64,000 nucleotides of DNA from Alphaproteobacteria bacterium (GCA_045563055.1 JBJKUR010000007.1:70913-134912); one strand, 5' to 3'; shown: positions 40,073-50,540, counted from the first letter of the stretch. Notes: generated from the letters alone by a model not told the origin. Numbers and translations: made by a program.

Positions 40073-40351
40073 TTAGTCATATTTAATTGTTATGCCAGAA
40101 TTTCTTATTTTATCCCTTAATTTTTTTATTTCACCTGATTCATCTAATTCTACAAACTCAGGAGATATTATTAAACATTCATCCTCACCAATCTTAATAA
40201 TTTTTTGATAATTCTCTAGTTCACTTCTATGAATTCGAAAGGCCTTTTTTGAGTCACTATTCCAGCCTTTATTTGTATAAAAAACGACTTTTCCACTTTT
40301 CAACTCATTTGCTGAAAGTAAAAAGAAATCTCCCTGTAGTTTTTTTCCCAT
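40073..40351 (-). CDS. DUF2849-family small protein upstream of cysI
   Basis: 92 aa ending 2 bp before the cysI ATG. LLSANELKSGKVVFYTNKGW is typical of the family as recalled. Confidence 0.6.
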   Translation of the reverse strand: MGKKLQGDFFLLSANELKSGKVVFYTNKGWNSDSKKAFRIHRSELENYQKIIKIGEDECLIISPEFVELDESGEIKKLRDKIRNSGITIKYD

Positions 40352-40495
40352 ACTTAGCCGAACTCCAATTTTAAAATATAGAGGATTTCAGATATTACAA
40401 GTATAAAATGTTTAATATTAATTAGTACGGTAAATAATTGTACAATTACTTTTTTACTTGCTAATAGTTTTAAACTGAATATTTTATAATGGATT

Positions 40496-42043
40496 ATGGA
40501 AGAAATGAAGTCTAAACTTTGGCCATTTGTTGAAGCCAAAAAATTAAATAAAAGGTTAAACGAAAAAAACAAAAAACAATGTATTTTTCAAACTGGATAT
40601 GGTCCGTCTGGTCTGCCACATATTGGAACTTTTGGAGAAGTTTTAAGAACTTCCATGGTTATTAAAGCATTTCAAGAAATTTCTGATATTCCTACGAAAT
40701 TATTTGTTTTTTCTGATGATATGGATGGTTTGAGAAAAGTACCCCAAAACATTCCAAATCAGGATCTTATTATTAATCACATTGAAAAACCTTTATCAGC
40801 TATACCCGATCCTTTTGAAAAACATTCTAGTTTTGCTACTCACAATAATAACAAGTTAAAAGAATTTTTAGTAAGATTTAATTTTAACTTCGAATTTAAA
40901 TCCTCAACTGAACATTATAAAAATGGAATATTTAACTCTGGTTTGGAGGCAATCTTTGATAATTATGAGAAAATAATGGACGTGATACTTCCGACATTAG
41001 GGTCTGAGAGAAAAAAAACTTATTCTCCATTTCTTCCAATATGCAAGAATTCAGGAAAGGTATTACAAGTAAAAATTGAAAAATTAGATAAGAAAAAAAA
41101 ATTAATAGAATATTTTAATCCTATAAGCAAAACTGTGGAATCTTCATCAATTTTTGATGGAGAATGTAAACTGCAATGGAAAGTTGATTGGGCGATGAGA
41201 TGGTTAGTTCTTGATGTCGATTATGAAATGAATGGAAAGGATTTAATAGAATCATTTATTTTATCCAGCAAAATAAATAGGATTGTGGGAGGAAAACCAC
41301 CTAATAACTTCACCTATGAGTTATTTCTGGATGAAAAGGGAGAGAAAATTTCAAAATCGATCGGAAATGGAATATCAGTCGAGGACTGGCTCGAATTCTC
41401 TCCTAGGGAAAGTTTGGAACTTTTTATGTTTCAAAACCCAACTCGAGCTAAAAGACTTTATTTTGACGTGATACCAAAAATGACAGATGATTTCTTAAGA
41501 TTAAAGAAAGAATATTCTAAGCTAGATAAAGAGGAAAAGGTAAAAAACCCTATGTGGTTTATGAGTGATGAAGAGGACTTTAAAATTATAGATAATTTAT
41601 CTTTTAATATGATTCTAAATCTCGCAAATGTTTGTAATGCTGAATCACCAGAGATCTTGTGGGGATTTGTTGAAAATTATTATAAGAATATTGAAAGAAA
41701 AGACTTTCCATTTATTAATAAATTGTTGGAATACGGTGTGGTGTATTATAAAAAATTTGTACTCCCTAATAAAAATTACAGAAATCCAAGTGAATTGGAA
41801 ATTGATGGTTTTAAAAAAATGATTAAAATGTTAAATACTATCGATAAGGATATGGAAGCAGAGGAGATACAAACCAAAATCTATGAAATAGGAATGTCAC
41901 TTAACTTTGAAAACTTAAAGGATTGGTTTTCTGCCTTTTACCAAGTTATATTGGGACAAGATCAAGGACCTAGACTTGGATCTTTTATTAAATTTTTTGG
42001 TGTGAGAAAAACAATCGAACTTTTAGAGGAAAAAATTAATTAG
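40496..42043 (+). CDS. lysK: class I lysyl-tRNA synthetase
   Basis: GYGPSGLPHIGTFGE (HIGH-type) and KISKSIGNG (KMSKS-type). Confidence 0.9.
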   Translation: MEEMKSKLWPFVEAKKLNKRLNEKNKKQCIFQTGYGPSGLPHIGTFGEVLRTSMVIKAFQEISDIPTKLFVFSDDMDGLRKVPQNIPNQDLIINHIEKPLSAIPDPFEKHSSFATHNNNKLKEFLVRFNFNFEFKSSTEHYKNGIFNSGLEAIFDNYEKIMDVILPTLGSERKKTYSPFLPICKNSGKVLQVKIEKLDKKKKLIEYFNPISKTVESSSIFDGECKLQWKVDWAMRWLVLDVDYEMNGKDLIESFILSSKINRIVGGKPPNNFTYELFLDEKGEKISKSIGNGISVEDWLEFSPRESLELFMFQNPTRAKRLYFDVIPKMTDDFLRLKKEYSKLDKEEKVKNPMWFMSDEEDFKIIDNLSFNMILNLANVCNAESPEILWGFVENYYKNIERKDFPFINKLLEYGVVYYKKFVLPNKNYRNPSELEIDGFKKMIKMLNTIDKDMEAEEIQTKIYEIGMSLNFENLKDWFSAFYQVILGQDQGPRLGSFIKFFGVRKTIELLEEKIN

Positions 42044-42047
42044 TTAG

Positions 42048-42360
42048 ATGAAAAGTTTAGATGAAAGTGTTTTCCGCATTTTTAAGAAGAGAGAATTTAA
42101 AGAATTCAAGGAAGAAAAATATTTTTATGGAAATAATTTTGACAAAAAATCAGGTTATATTCATTTGTCACTAAGAACACAAATAAAGGGTACTATAGCA
42201 ACTCATTTTTTTTAGACAAAAGGTTATCATTGCGGAGTTCAATGTTATGGATCTTGAAAAACTTCTTAAGTGGGAAAAGAGCAGAGACTCAATGGTATTT
42301 CCTCACTACTTCGGTGCACTTGAATTTAGATGGGTTCGAAATATTTTTAAAAATTATTAA
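42048..42360 (+). pseudogene. DUF952-family protein, frame broken in a T8 run as assembled
   Basis: MKSLDESVFRIF..SGYIHLSLRTQ..THFF stops at TAG 42213. The next frame reads ..VIIAEFNVMDLEKLLKWEKSRDSMVFPHYFGAL..*, ending in TAATG with pyrD. Confidence 0.65.
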
Positions 42361-43416
42361 ATGAATTATAAAAGTTTTTCAAAATTATTATCTTTTTTAC
42401 CACCAGAGTTACTTCACACACTCTTTCTAAAATTTTTGCAAATGGAAATATATAAGAAAGATCAAGAATATAAAAATTTAAAAATGGAAGCATTAGGTAA
42501 AAGCTTTAATAACCCTTTAGGGCTGGCTGCTGGTTTTGACAAAAATGCAGAGTCTATAATGGGTGCATTAAATTTAGGATTTGGTTTCACAGAGGTTGGA
42601 ACTGTTACCCCAATGCCACAATTAGGGAACCCTAAACCAAGAGTTTTTAAAATTCCCGAGTTTGATGCTGTAATTCAAAGGTTAGGTTTTAATAATAAAG
42701 GATCAGAGGAGTTTCTCCATAACTTAAAAAAAATACAGAATCATAATAAAGTTTTGGGAATTAATATTGGAAAGAATAAAAACTCAAGGGATATGTTTGA
42801 TGATTATATTTTTCTTTATGAAAAATTAAAAGTACACGCTGACTATGTAACAATAAATATTTCGTCTCCAAACACACCTGGACTTCGAGAAATCCAAGAA
42901 AAAGGAAACATCGAAAAACTATTAAATAAAATTTCAAAAATTAAGGATAAAAGACCCACACTTTTAAAACTATCTCCTGATATATCGATGAAAAATCTTG
43001 AGAATATCTGCAAATTAGTTTTGAAATATCATTTTATTGACGGACTTGTATTAACAAATACAACAATTTCAAGAGAATCTTTATATAAAAAACAATCTAA
43101 AGATTCTTGGAAAATTTCTGAAGAGGGAGGTTTGTCCGGACCTCCATTGAAAGAGAGAGCCAACGAAATTATTAAAACTACTTATCAATTAACAGATGGT
43201 AGACTTCTAATTATTGGTGTTGGAGGAGTTTCTTGTGGAAAAGATGTTTTTGAAAAAATTTCCTTAGGTGCAAGTTTGGTTCAGATCTACACAGTTTTGA
43301 TATATAAGGGTCCAGGGGTTGTAATAAAAATATTAAGTGAATTAAGTGAATTGCTTAGCAAAAAGGGTTTAAGAAATATAAATGAATTAATTGGGAAAAA
43401 TATTAAGTATGATTGA
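42361..43416 (+). CDS. pyrD: dihydroorotate dehydrogenase (quinone, class 2)
   Basis: NPLGLAAGFDKNAE, GFTEVGTVTP, NISSPNTPGLR and GVGGV. Confidence 0.93.
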   Translation: MNYKSFSKLLSFLPPELLHTLFLKFLQMEIYKKDQEYKNLKMEALGKSFNNPLGLAAGFDKNAESIMGALNLGFGFTEVGTVTPMPQLGNPKPRVFKIPEFDAVIQRLGFNNKGSEEFLHNLKKIQNHNKVLGINIGKNKNSRDMFDDYIFLYEKLKVHADYVTINISSPNTPGLREIQEKGNIEKLLNKISKIKDKRPTLLKLSPDISMKNLENICKLVLKYHFIDGLVLTNTTISRESLYKKQSKDSWKISEEGGLSGPPLKERANEIIKTTYQLTDGRLLIIGVGGVSCGKDVFEKISLGASLVQIYTVLIYKGPGVVIKILSELSELLSKKGLRNINELIGKNIKYD

Positions 43417-43448
43417 GGTCAAAAATATTGCTAATATTTCAGTAAATT

Positions 43449-44243
43449 ATGATTGTTTTTTTTATTGATTTGTGGGGTGTAATTCACAATGGAGTTCATA
43501 TTTTTGAGGGTGTTCACGATACACTTGATTATCTAAAGAAGAAAAATAAACTCATTTATTTTATTACAAATGCGCCAAGAAGATCAGAAATTATTAAGAA
43601 ACAATTATCAATATTTGGATTAAAAAGATCTCTTTACGATGATGTTGTTTCATCAGGTGAAGTTACATGGCAAAAAATGAGAAATAAAAAAAAACAAAAA
43701 TGTTATTTAATTGGTCCACCAAGAGACTATCATTTAGTAAAGGGCTTAAATATAGATGTTACAGAAAACCCAGATGAGGTCGATATTATCATTAATACTG
43801 GTCCATGGGGTGACGGAGATAAACTAGATAATTATAAATCTATACTGAAAAAGTTAAGGAAATCAAATCCCACTATGATATGTTCAAATCCCGATAAAAC
43901 AGTTGTTAGGGGTAATAAGTTTATGATATGCGCTGGATTGTTAGCAGAATACTACGAAAAGATTGGGGGGAAAGTTGAATATTATGGAAAACCATTTTCA
44001 GAAATTTACGAATTTACATACGCTAAATTAAAAAATCCAAAAGCAAAAATTTTAGTGATTGGGGATTCTTTAGATAATGATATAAAAGGAGCAAATATGC
44101 AAAAAATTGACTCTTTGTTAATAACTGATGGAATTCACAGGTCAGTAAATAATGACAACGGTATTGATAAAGAAAAATTAAATGATTTAATAAAAAAAAA
44201 AAAAATTGAACCAAGTTATTATATGAAAAATTTAACTATTTAG
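43449..44243 (+). CDS. HAD-superfamily hydrolase, subfamily IIA
   Basis: [12 protein letters not shown] (motif I), ITNAP and [11 protein letters not shown] (motif IV). The true start may be ATG 43409 if the T8 run 43456-43463 is one base shorter. Confidence 0.7.
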   Translation: MIVFFIDLWGVIHNGVHIFEGVHDTLDYLKKKNKLIYFITNAPRRSEIIKKQLSIFGLKRSLYDDVVSSGEVTWQKMRNKKKQKCYLIGPPRDYHLVKGLNIDVTENPDEVDIIINTGPWGDGDKLDNYKSILKKLRKSNPTMICSNPDKTVVRGNKFMICAGLLAEYYEKIGGKVEYYGKPFSEIYEFTYAKLKNPKAKILVIGDSLDNDIKGANMQKIDSLLITDGIHRSVNNDNGIDKEKLNDLIKKKKIEPSYYMKNLTI

Positions 44244-44254
44244 AGAGATATAAA

Positions 44255-46380
44255 TTGGAAAAAAATAAAAATTATTTAAATTGGAAAGAACTTGCTTCTA
44301 AAGAGCTCAAAGACAAAGACCTAAAACAACATTTTTGGGAAACACCAGAAGGAATAAAAGTAAAGCCTCTTTACACTGCAGAAGATTTAAAGAATATAAA
44401 TCATGAAATTGGTTTTCCAGGTGCTCCTCCCTTTACGAGAGGTCCAAGAGCTACCATGTATACAAATAGGCCCTGGACAATAAGGCAGTATGCTGGCTTT
44501 TCTACAGCAGAAGAATCTAATAAATTCTATAAGGAGGGCTTAAAAAAATGGAGTGATGGGCCTATCCGTTGCTTTTGATCTAGCGACTCATAGGGGTTAT
44601 GATTCAGACCATCCTAGGGTTCTGGCAGACGTTGGTAATGCTGGAGTTGCAATTGATTCAGTTGAGGATATGAATATGTTATTTGATGGTATACCGCTCG
44701 ATAAAATGAGCGTATCAATGACTATGAATGGAGCGGTTATTCCAGTACTTGCTTGTTTTATTGCTTCTGGTGAAGAGCAAGGCTGTCCTAGAGAAAAAAC
44801 TAACTGGAACAATCCAAAATGACATCTTGAAGGAGTTTATGGTTAGAAATACCTTTATTTTTCCTCCCAAACCCAGCATGCGACTGGTAGCTGACATTAT
44901 AGAATATACCTCTAAAGAAATGCCAAAGTTTAATTCAATTTCGATTAGTGGATATCATATGCAAGAGGCTGGAGCAAACCAAGTTCAGGAGTTAGCTTAT
45001 ACACTTGCAGATGGAAAAGAGTACATCAAGTCAGCAATGGAAAGAGGTCTTAAAATAGACGAATTTGCGCCGAGATTATCTTTTTTTTGGTCAATAGGAA
45101 TGAATTTCTTTATGGAAATAGCAAAAATGCGAGCCGCAAGATTTATGTGGTCGGAGATAGTAAAAGAGTTTAAACCAAAAAACAAAAAGAGCTTAGCACT
45201 CAGAACACACTGTCAAACTTCTGGGGTTTCATTAATGGAGCAAGATGCGTATAATAATATAGTTAGAACTACAATAGAAGCAATGGCTGCTGTCATGGGA
45301 GGGACACAGTCTCTTCATACAAATAGTTTTGATGAAGCATTGGCTTTGCCGACAAACTTTTCTGCCAGAATAGCCAGGAATACCCAATTAATTTTATCTG
45401 AGGAAACAGGAATTTGCAATGTTGTAGACCCGTTGGCAGGTTCGTACTATGTCGAGAGTCTAACCTCTAGTATGGTTGAGGAAGCAAATAAACTAATAAA
45501 AGAAATTGATGAAGTTGGGGGTATGGTTAAGGCTATAGAAATGGGAATTCCAAAGATGAGAATAGAGGAAAGTTCTGCAAAAAGACAAGCGAGAATAGAT
45601 TCAAATAAAGAAACTATAGTTGGAGTAAACAAATATAAACCTTCTGAGAAACAGGAGATCAATATTTTATCTATCGACAATGAAAAAGTAAGAAACAAAC
45701 AAATATCAAGACTTAAAAAGTTAAAGGATTCTCGTGATAATAAGTTGGTTGATAAATTAATAAATAAAATCAAAGAAGCAGCAGCTAGCAAGAGGCAAAA
45801 TTTATTAGAAATTTGTGTAGAAGCGGCAAGAAATAGGTGTACTGTTGGAGAAATGACTTCGGCTATGGAAAGTGTTTATGGTAGGCATAACTTATCTACG
45901 AAAACAATATCAGGAGTATACGGAAAATCCATAGAGAGAGATGAAAAAACAAGTCTTATCGACGAGGAGCTTAATAAATTTATGGAGAAGAATGGAAGAA
46001 GGCCAAGGATGTTAGTAGTGAAAATGGGTCAGGATGGTCATGATAGAGGAGCAAAGCTAATTGCAACAGCTTTTTCTGACCTTGGTTTTGACGTTGACAT
46101 TGGACCACTTTTTCAAACTCCAGAAGAGGCTGCCATACAGGCTGTCGAAAATGATGTACATGTCATAGGAGTTTCTACACTGGCAGCAGGACATAAAACC
46201 CTAATTCCTTTGTTGATGGATTCATTAAAAAAAAATGATGTAAATTACATAAAAGTCATATGTGGAGGGGTTATTCCTCCTGATGATTATTCTTTCCTAT
46301 ATGATTTGGGTGTATCAAAAGTTTTTGGGCCTGGGACTAATATTAAAGAGGCGGCTATTGAAATCATAAATATTTTATAG
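44255..46380 (+). pseudogene. mcm: methylmalonyl-CoA mutase (single-chain, with C-terminal B12-binding domain), two frame breaks as assembled
   Basis: Three collinear ORFs. The joins restore [28 protein letters not shown] (A7 run 44542-44548) and [17 protein letters not shown] (A6 run 44794-44799). [11 protein letters not shown] is the B12 domain. Confidence 0.85.
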
Positions 46381-46395
46381 TATATATTAACCAAG

Positions 46396-47595
46396 GTGGT
46401 TAAAATGAAGCTTAAGTCATTCTTAAGGTTTAATGGAATTTCTAACAGAGAGTTTTCAAAAAATCTTGGTATATCCAACGTATCTCTATCTAGATATATG
46501 AGTGGAAATAGACTTCCAAATACCAAGATTCTTAATAAAATATATCAACTTACAGATGGGTTAGTTGATGCAAACGACTTTTATTTAAATAATAAAAAAC
46601 TAGAAGATTTAACCGAGTTTCAAAAAAAAAAACTAATGAGTTTAAAAAATGAATTACAGTTTGGAAAAAAAAAATTTATTGCAAAAGCAATTACCCTTAT
46701 TGAATCATCTTTGGTACATCATAGATTAGAATCAAATTTTTTATTATCACTATTTAAACAAAAAGAGCATACTGTAAGAATTGGAATTACTGGCGTTCCT
46801 GGTGTTGGTAAGTCGACATTTATTGAAATATTAGGAATGCAGTTAATTAAAAAAGGCTTAAAAGTCGCTGTTCTTGCTGTTGACCCGTCCTCTGAAAGAT
46901 CTGGTGGGTCTATTTTAGGTGATAAAACTAGAATGATGAATCTTTCCGTAAATGAGAATGCCTTTATCAGGCCTTCACCAAGTCAAGGACATTTGGGAGG
47001 TGTTGCTAAAAAAACTAGTGAGTCGATCAGATGTCTTGAAGAGGCTGGATATGATATTATTTTTATTGAAACGATGGGAGTAGGCCAAGCTGAAACTTCT
47101 GTATATAACATGGTAGATATCTTTCTTGTTTTGTTGCTACCTAGTGGGGGTGACGAGTTGCAAGGAATTAAAAAAGGTATTATCGAGATAGCAGATTTGA
47201 TAATCGTAAATAAATCTGATGGGAACTTAGCAAAAACTGCAATTTCTACAAAAATAGAATACAAAAATGCACTAACGATGATTTCAAAAAGTAGAAGAGA
47301 TATCTCACCAGAAGTAATTAATTGTTCTTCCATAGATGGGAAAGGAATTAGTGAAGTATGGGGTCATATAAATAAATTTATATCTGTCAGAAAAAAAAGT
47401 GGTACTTTTCAGTTTACTAGAAAAAACCAGAAGATCAAAGCTTTGTGGAATGATATTAATCTTAGAATAAATGATAGAGTCGAGAGAGATTTAAAATCAA
47501 AGGACTTTGTAAAAAAAATTATTAAAGATGTGGAAAATAATAAATTTGATGTTAATAATGCATCTAATATAATTTTTGATTTATTTATCAAATAG
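46396..47595 (+). CDS. meaB: MeaB/ArgK G-protein chaperone with an N-terminal Cro/C1-type HTH extension
   Basis: GITGVPGVGKST P-loop, ETMGVGQAE and NKSD. Residues 1 to about 65 (FLRFNGISNREFSKNLGISNVSLSRYMSGNRLP) look like an XRE-type HTH. ATG 46405 is an alternative start. Confidence 0.8.
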   Translation: MVKMKLKSFLRFNGISNREFSKNLGISNVSLSRYMSGNRLPNTKILNKIYQLTDGLVDANDFYLNNKKLEDLTEFQKKKLMSLKNELQFGKKKFIAKAITLIESSLVHHRLESNFLLSLFKQKEHTVRIGITGVPGVGKSTFIEILGMQLIKKGLKVAVLAVDPSSERSGGSILGDKTRMMNLSVNENAFIRPSPSQGHLGGVAKKTSESIRCLEEAGYDIIFIETMGVGQAETSVYNMVDIFLVLLLPSGGDELQGIKKGIIEIADLIIVNKSDGNLAKTAISTKIEYKNALTMISKSRRDISPEVINCSSIDGKGISEVWGHINKFISVRKKSGTFQFTRKNQKIKALWNDINLRINDRVERDLKSKDFVKKIIKDVENNKFDVNNASNIIFDLFIK

Positions 47596-47625
47596 TTAGT
47601 TGAAGTATATTTTAAACGGTGAAAT

Positions 47626-47916
47626 ATGGTCAAGAAATGCTTAATTACCAAAAAGAAGCCACTTACTGGTAACAACGTAAGTCATGCTGTAAATAAAACT
47701 AAAAGAAGATTTTATCCAAACCTTCATAATACATCCTTTTTTTCAGAAATATTAGGAAAAAATATTAAATTAAAAGTGACTTCCCGGGGAATCAAAACCG
47801 TGGAAAAAAACGGAGGCATTGATAGTTATATTATAAATACCAAAAACTCAAAATTGACAAATGAAACTAAGAAGCTAAAAAAAGTTCTAACACTTAAATC
47901 ATTAAAATCATCTTAA
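47626..47916 (+). CDS. rpmB: 50S ribosomal protein L28
   Basis: KKCLITKKKPLTGNNVSHAVNKTKRRFYPNL. Confidence 0.9.
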   Translation: MVKKCLITKKKPLTGNNVSHAVNKTKRRFYPNLHNTSFFSEILGKNIKLKVTSRGIKTVEKNGGIDSYIINTKNSKLTNETKKLKKVLTLKSLKSS

Positions 47917-47917
47917 G

Positions 47918-49573
47918 CTATTTTCGTTCCTTAAGTATTGATGTGAGATTATCAATTATTATCTCCCCGAGTTTGTCGACATCGTCAATTGTAAATGCCC
48001 TGCTATAGTACTTAGAAACGTCGTGTCCAATTCCGATTGCAATAAGATTAATTTCTTTTTGTTTTTCAATCTTATTTACTACTTCTCTAAGATGATTGTC
48101 TAATATATTTGAATTGTTAGTTGATAGAGTTGCATCATCAACTGGAGCTCCATCTGAAATAACGATTAATATTTTTTTTTTTTCAGTTCTTTTTCTTAAT
48201 CTATCGCTGGCCCATATCAAAGCTTCACCATCAATATTTTCTTTAAGGATTCCATCTTTCAAGACTAGTCCAAGATTTAACTTTGCATTATTCCAGGGAG
48301 TATCCGCATCTTTGTAAACAATATGAAAAAGATCATTTAATCTACCTGGGTTTAAAATACTCTTGTTTTTTTCCCATAGTTTTTTTGAGTTACCTCCCTT
48401 CCATTCTTTTGTTGTGAAGCCTAATATCTCAACATTTACCCTACATTTCTCGAGTGTTTTAGTGATAATCTCTGCGGTCATAGCTGAGGTTACAATTGGT
48501 TTTCCTCGCATAGAACCAGAATTATCAAGTAACAAAGAAACAATCGTATTTTTGTCAATATTTTCGTTTTCTAGTTTAAATATATTTGAATTATTTGGGT
48601 TGGCTATAAATTGTGAAAATCTTGAACTATCAAAAAATCCTTCCTCTTCGTCAAACTTCCAAGTATTAAAATCAAGAGAAAAAAGAAGTTTCTCTAGTTT
48701 TTTGGCTAAATGGTTAATTAATTTTGTGTTATCCTTGCACTCTTCGTCAAACTTTTGTCTTAATGCTTTGAGTTCATGATACTTTAATAATTTTTCCGCT
48801 TTTAAAAAAACATCAAATTGCTTGGTATAGACTTTATATTCTTCATTTTTTTCAATTTCATAATCTTTATTTTTTGAAGAGAGATTGTCTTCATTTCGTT
48901 TTTCTTTATCTTGACTAATTGTTTTTTTGGAAACTTTAAATTTTTTTAGTTTTTGAGTCTTCTGGGTGGTTTTAGACTTTTTATTATCACGAATACTTTG
49001 ATTTTCTTGGTCTAAAGATTCACTCTTGCTTTTAAATTTCATAGAGTCTAAAAAATCGTTTACATTTTTATAAAACTCCTCCTCGTTATAAATAGATTCC
49101 GAAATTTTTTTAAATTTATATTTGTTAAACAGTTTTGAATTTTCCGTTTTACATGAGCTTACTTGTTGAAAACTCTTCATACATATTTCAAAAATTTTTA
49201 ACGATAAATCAGATTTATCTGCAAAAAACTGTTTTTTAAACTCTGGAATGATTTTTTTAATATTAATTTCACACCCTATGAAGTCTCTAAAACCAATACA
49301 GATACATCGTGTTGTAGCAAAAACTTTGAAAAGTTCACTTTTTTCTCTATTTTCTGGGTTGTAATTGTTAAATTTCCCTGAATCTATATATCTAAGGCTA
49401 ATAGAAGCTAGATCATACCAACCTCTTTGTAGGTTGGTATCATTAAGTTCAAATCCTTCAAGTAGACTGTAATCAATTGATCGATTTTTTACTTGTACTT
49501 TTCTGTCAGAAACTTTATTGATTTTATTTCTAGATAGAGTTTTCGCTGCTGATTCTTTTGACTCATTGCTCAT
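47918..49573 (-). CDS. CobT-like von Willebrand factor A domain protein
   Basis: C-terminal vWA with the MIDAS motif LLLDNSGSM, a K/E-rich low-complexity linker, and overlap with the upstream CobS-like gene. Confidence 0.7.
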   Translation of the reverse strand: MSNESKESAAKTLSRNKINKVSDRKVQVKNRSIDYSLLEGFELNDTNLQRGWYDLASISLRYIDSGKFNNYNPENREKSELFKVFATTRCICIGFRDFIGCEINIKKIIPEFKKQFFADKSDLSLKIFEICMKSFQQVSSCKTENSKLFNKYKFKKISESIYNEEEFYKNVNDFLDSMKFKSKSESLDQENQSIRDNKKSKTTQKTQKLKKFKVSKKTISQDKEKRNEDNLSSKNKDYEIEKNEEYKVYTKQFDVFLKAEKLLKYHELKALRQKFDEECKDNTKLINHLAKKLEKLLFSLDFNTWKFDEEEGFFDSSRFSQFIANPNNSNIFKLENENIDKNTIVSLLLDNSGSMRGKPIVTSAMTAEIITKTLEKCRVNVEILGFTTKEWKGGNSKKLWEKNKSILNPGRLNDLFHIVYKDADTPWNNAKLNLGLVLKDGILKENIDGEALIWASDRLRKRTEKKKILIVISDGAPVDDATLSTNNSNILDNHLREVVNKIEKQKEINLIAIGIGHDVSKYYSRAFTIDDVDKLGEIIIDNLTSILKERK

Positions 49574-50540
49574 TGTCTTGATTTTTCAATAATTCTCTCC
49601 CAAAGCATCTTTGGTAAAATTCATTGATTATTTTTTTATCATTCTGTTCGCATTTGTTTAGGAAAGAGAGTTTAAAGGCCTGATCAATATCTCCAAAGAT
49701 TTCATAATTTTCAGCCCAGATTATACATGTTCTTGGAGACATTATTACAGATAACTCTGAACTTTTAAAAGCATCACGAATTAAGTTTGCTAACTGAACC
49801 ATTTTGGGGACTATTTCTAGTGTTTTCTTTTTACCTTTAGTGAGTTTATTTCTAATTATTTGAACTTCGGTTTTAGGTTTTAAAAAGTTCAGTGCGCTAA
49901 AAATATTCCATCTATCTAGCTGGCCCTGGTTTAGATTCTGAGTTCCATAATAAAGTCCAGAGGTATCTCCTAAACCTAGAGTGTTGCAAGTACCAAAAAT
50001 TCTAAAAAAAGGATTGGGTGTTATAACAGTATTTTGATCTAAAAGTGTTAATTTTCCTTCAGCCTCAAGAACTCTTTGAATTACAAACATTACATCTGGT
50101 CTGCCTGCATCATATTCGTCAAATACTAGTGCAACCGGGTTCTTTATTGCCCAAGGTAATAGGCCTTCTTTAAAAGTAGTGATTTGTTTTTCTCCTTTCA
50201 ATGTGATTCCATCTTTTCCTAAAAGGTCAAATCTACTTATGTGCCCATCTAAATTAATTCTCAAGCATGGCCAATTTAGTCTTGCAGCTATTTGTTCGAT
50301 ATGCGATGATTTTCCAGTTCCATGCAGTCCTTGAATTAATACTTTCTTATTATATTTAAAACCCATAAGAATTGAAGTGGTGGTGAGATCATCGAAAACA
50401 TAACTCTTATCTATGTTGGGTACTAATTCTGTTTTTTCTGAAAATGAAGGCACTAAAATTTTCTTAGTAGTTCCAAAAACTTCAGAAGAATCAATATTCC
50501 TACTAGGTTTAATTTCAAGTTTTTTGTTTTCTACTAACAT
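49563..50540 (-). CDS. CobS-like AAA+ (MoxR-type) ATPase
   Basis: Walker A LIQGLHGTGKSS, Walker B LVFDEYD, 325 aa. Confidence 0.75.
   Translation of the reverse strand: MLVENKKLEIKPSRNIDSSEVFGTTKKILVPSFSEKTELVPNIDKSYVFDDLTTTSILMGFKYNKKVLIQGLHGTGKSSHIEQIAARLNWPCLRINLDGHISRFDLLGKDGITLKGEKQITTFKEGLLPWAIKNPVALVFDEYDAGRPDVMFVIQRVLEAEGKLTLLDQNTVITPNPFFRIFGTCNTLGLGDTSGLYYGTQNLNQGQLDRWNIFSALNFLKPKTEVQIIRNKLTKGKKKTLEIVPKMVQLANLIRDAFKSSELSVIMSPRTCIIWAENYEIFGDIDQAFKLSFLNKCEQNDKKIINEFYQRCFGRELLKNQDNEQ

Noticed and set aside
40436-40447. 12-bp palindrome AATTGTACAATT in the DUF2849/lysK divergent spacer.
   Set aside because: It is short and almost entirely A/T, so it is expected by chance in this composition. 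I saw no second copy.
47918-50540. CobS/CobT as evidence of cobalamin biosynthesis in this window.
   Set aside because: There is no cobN or other cob/cbi gene nearby. The pair is only family-level similar and may have a different role.
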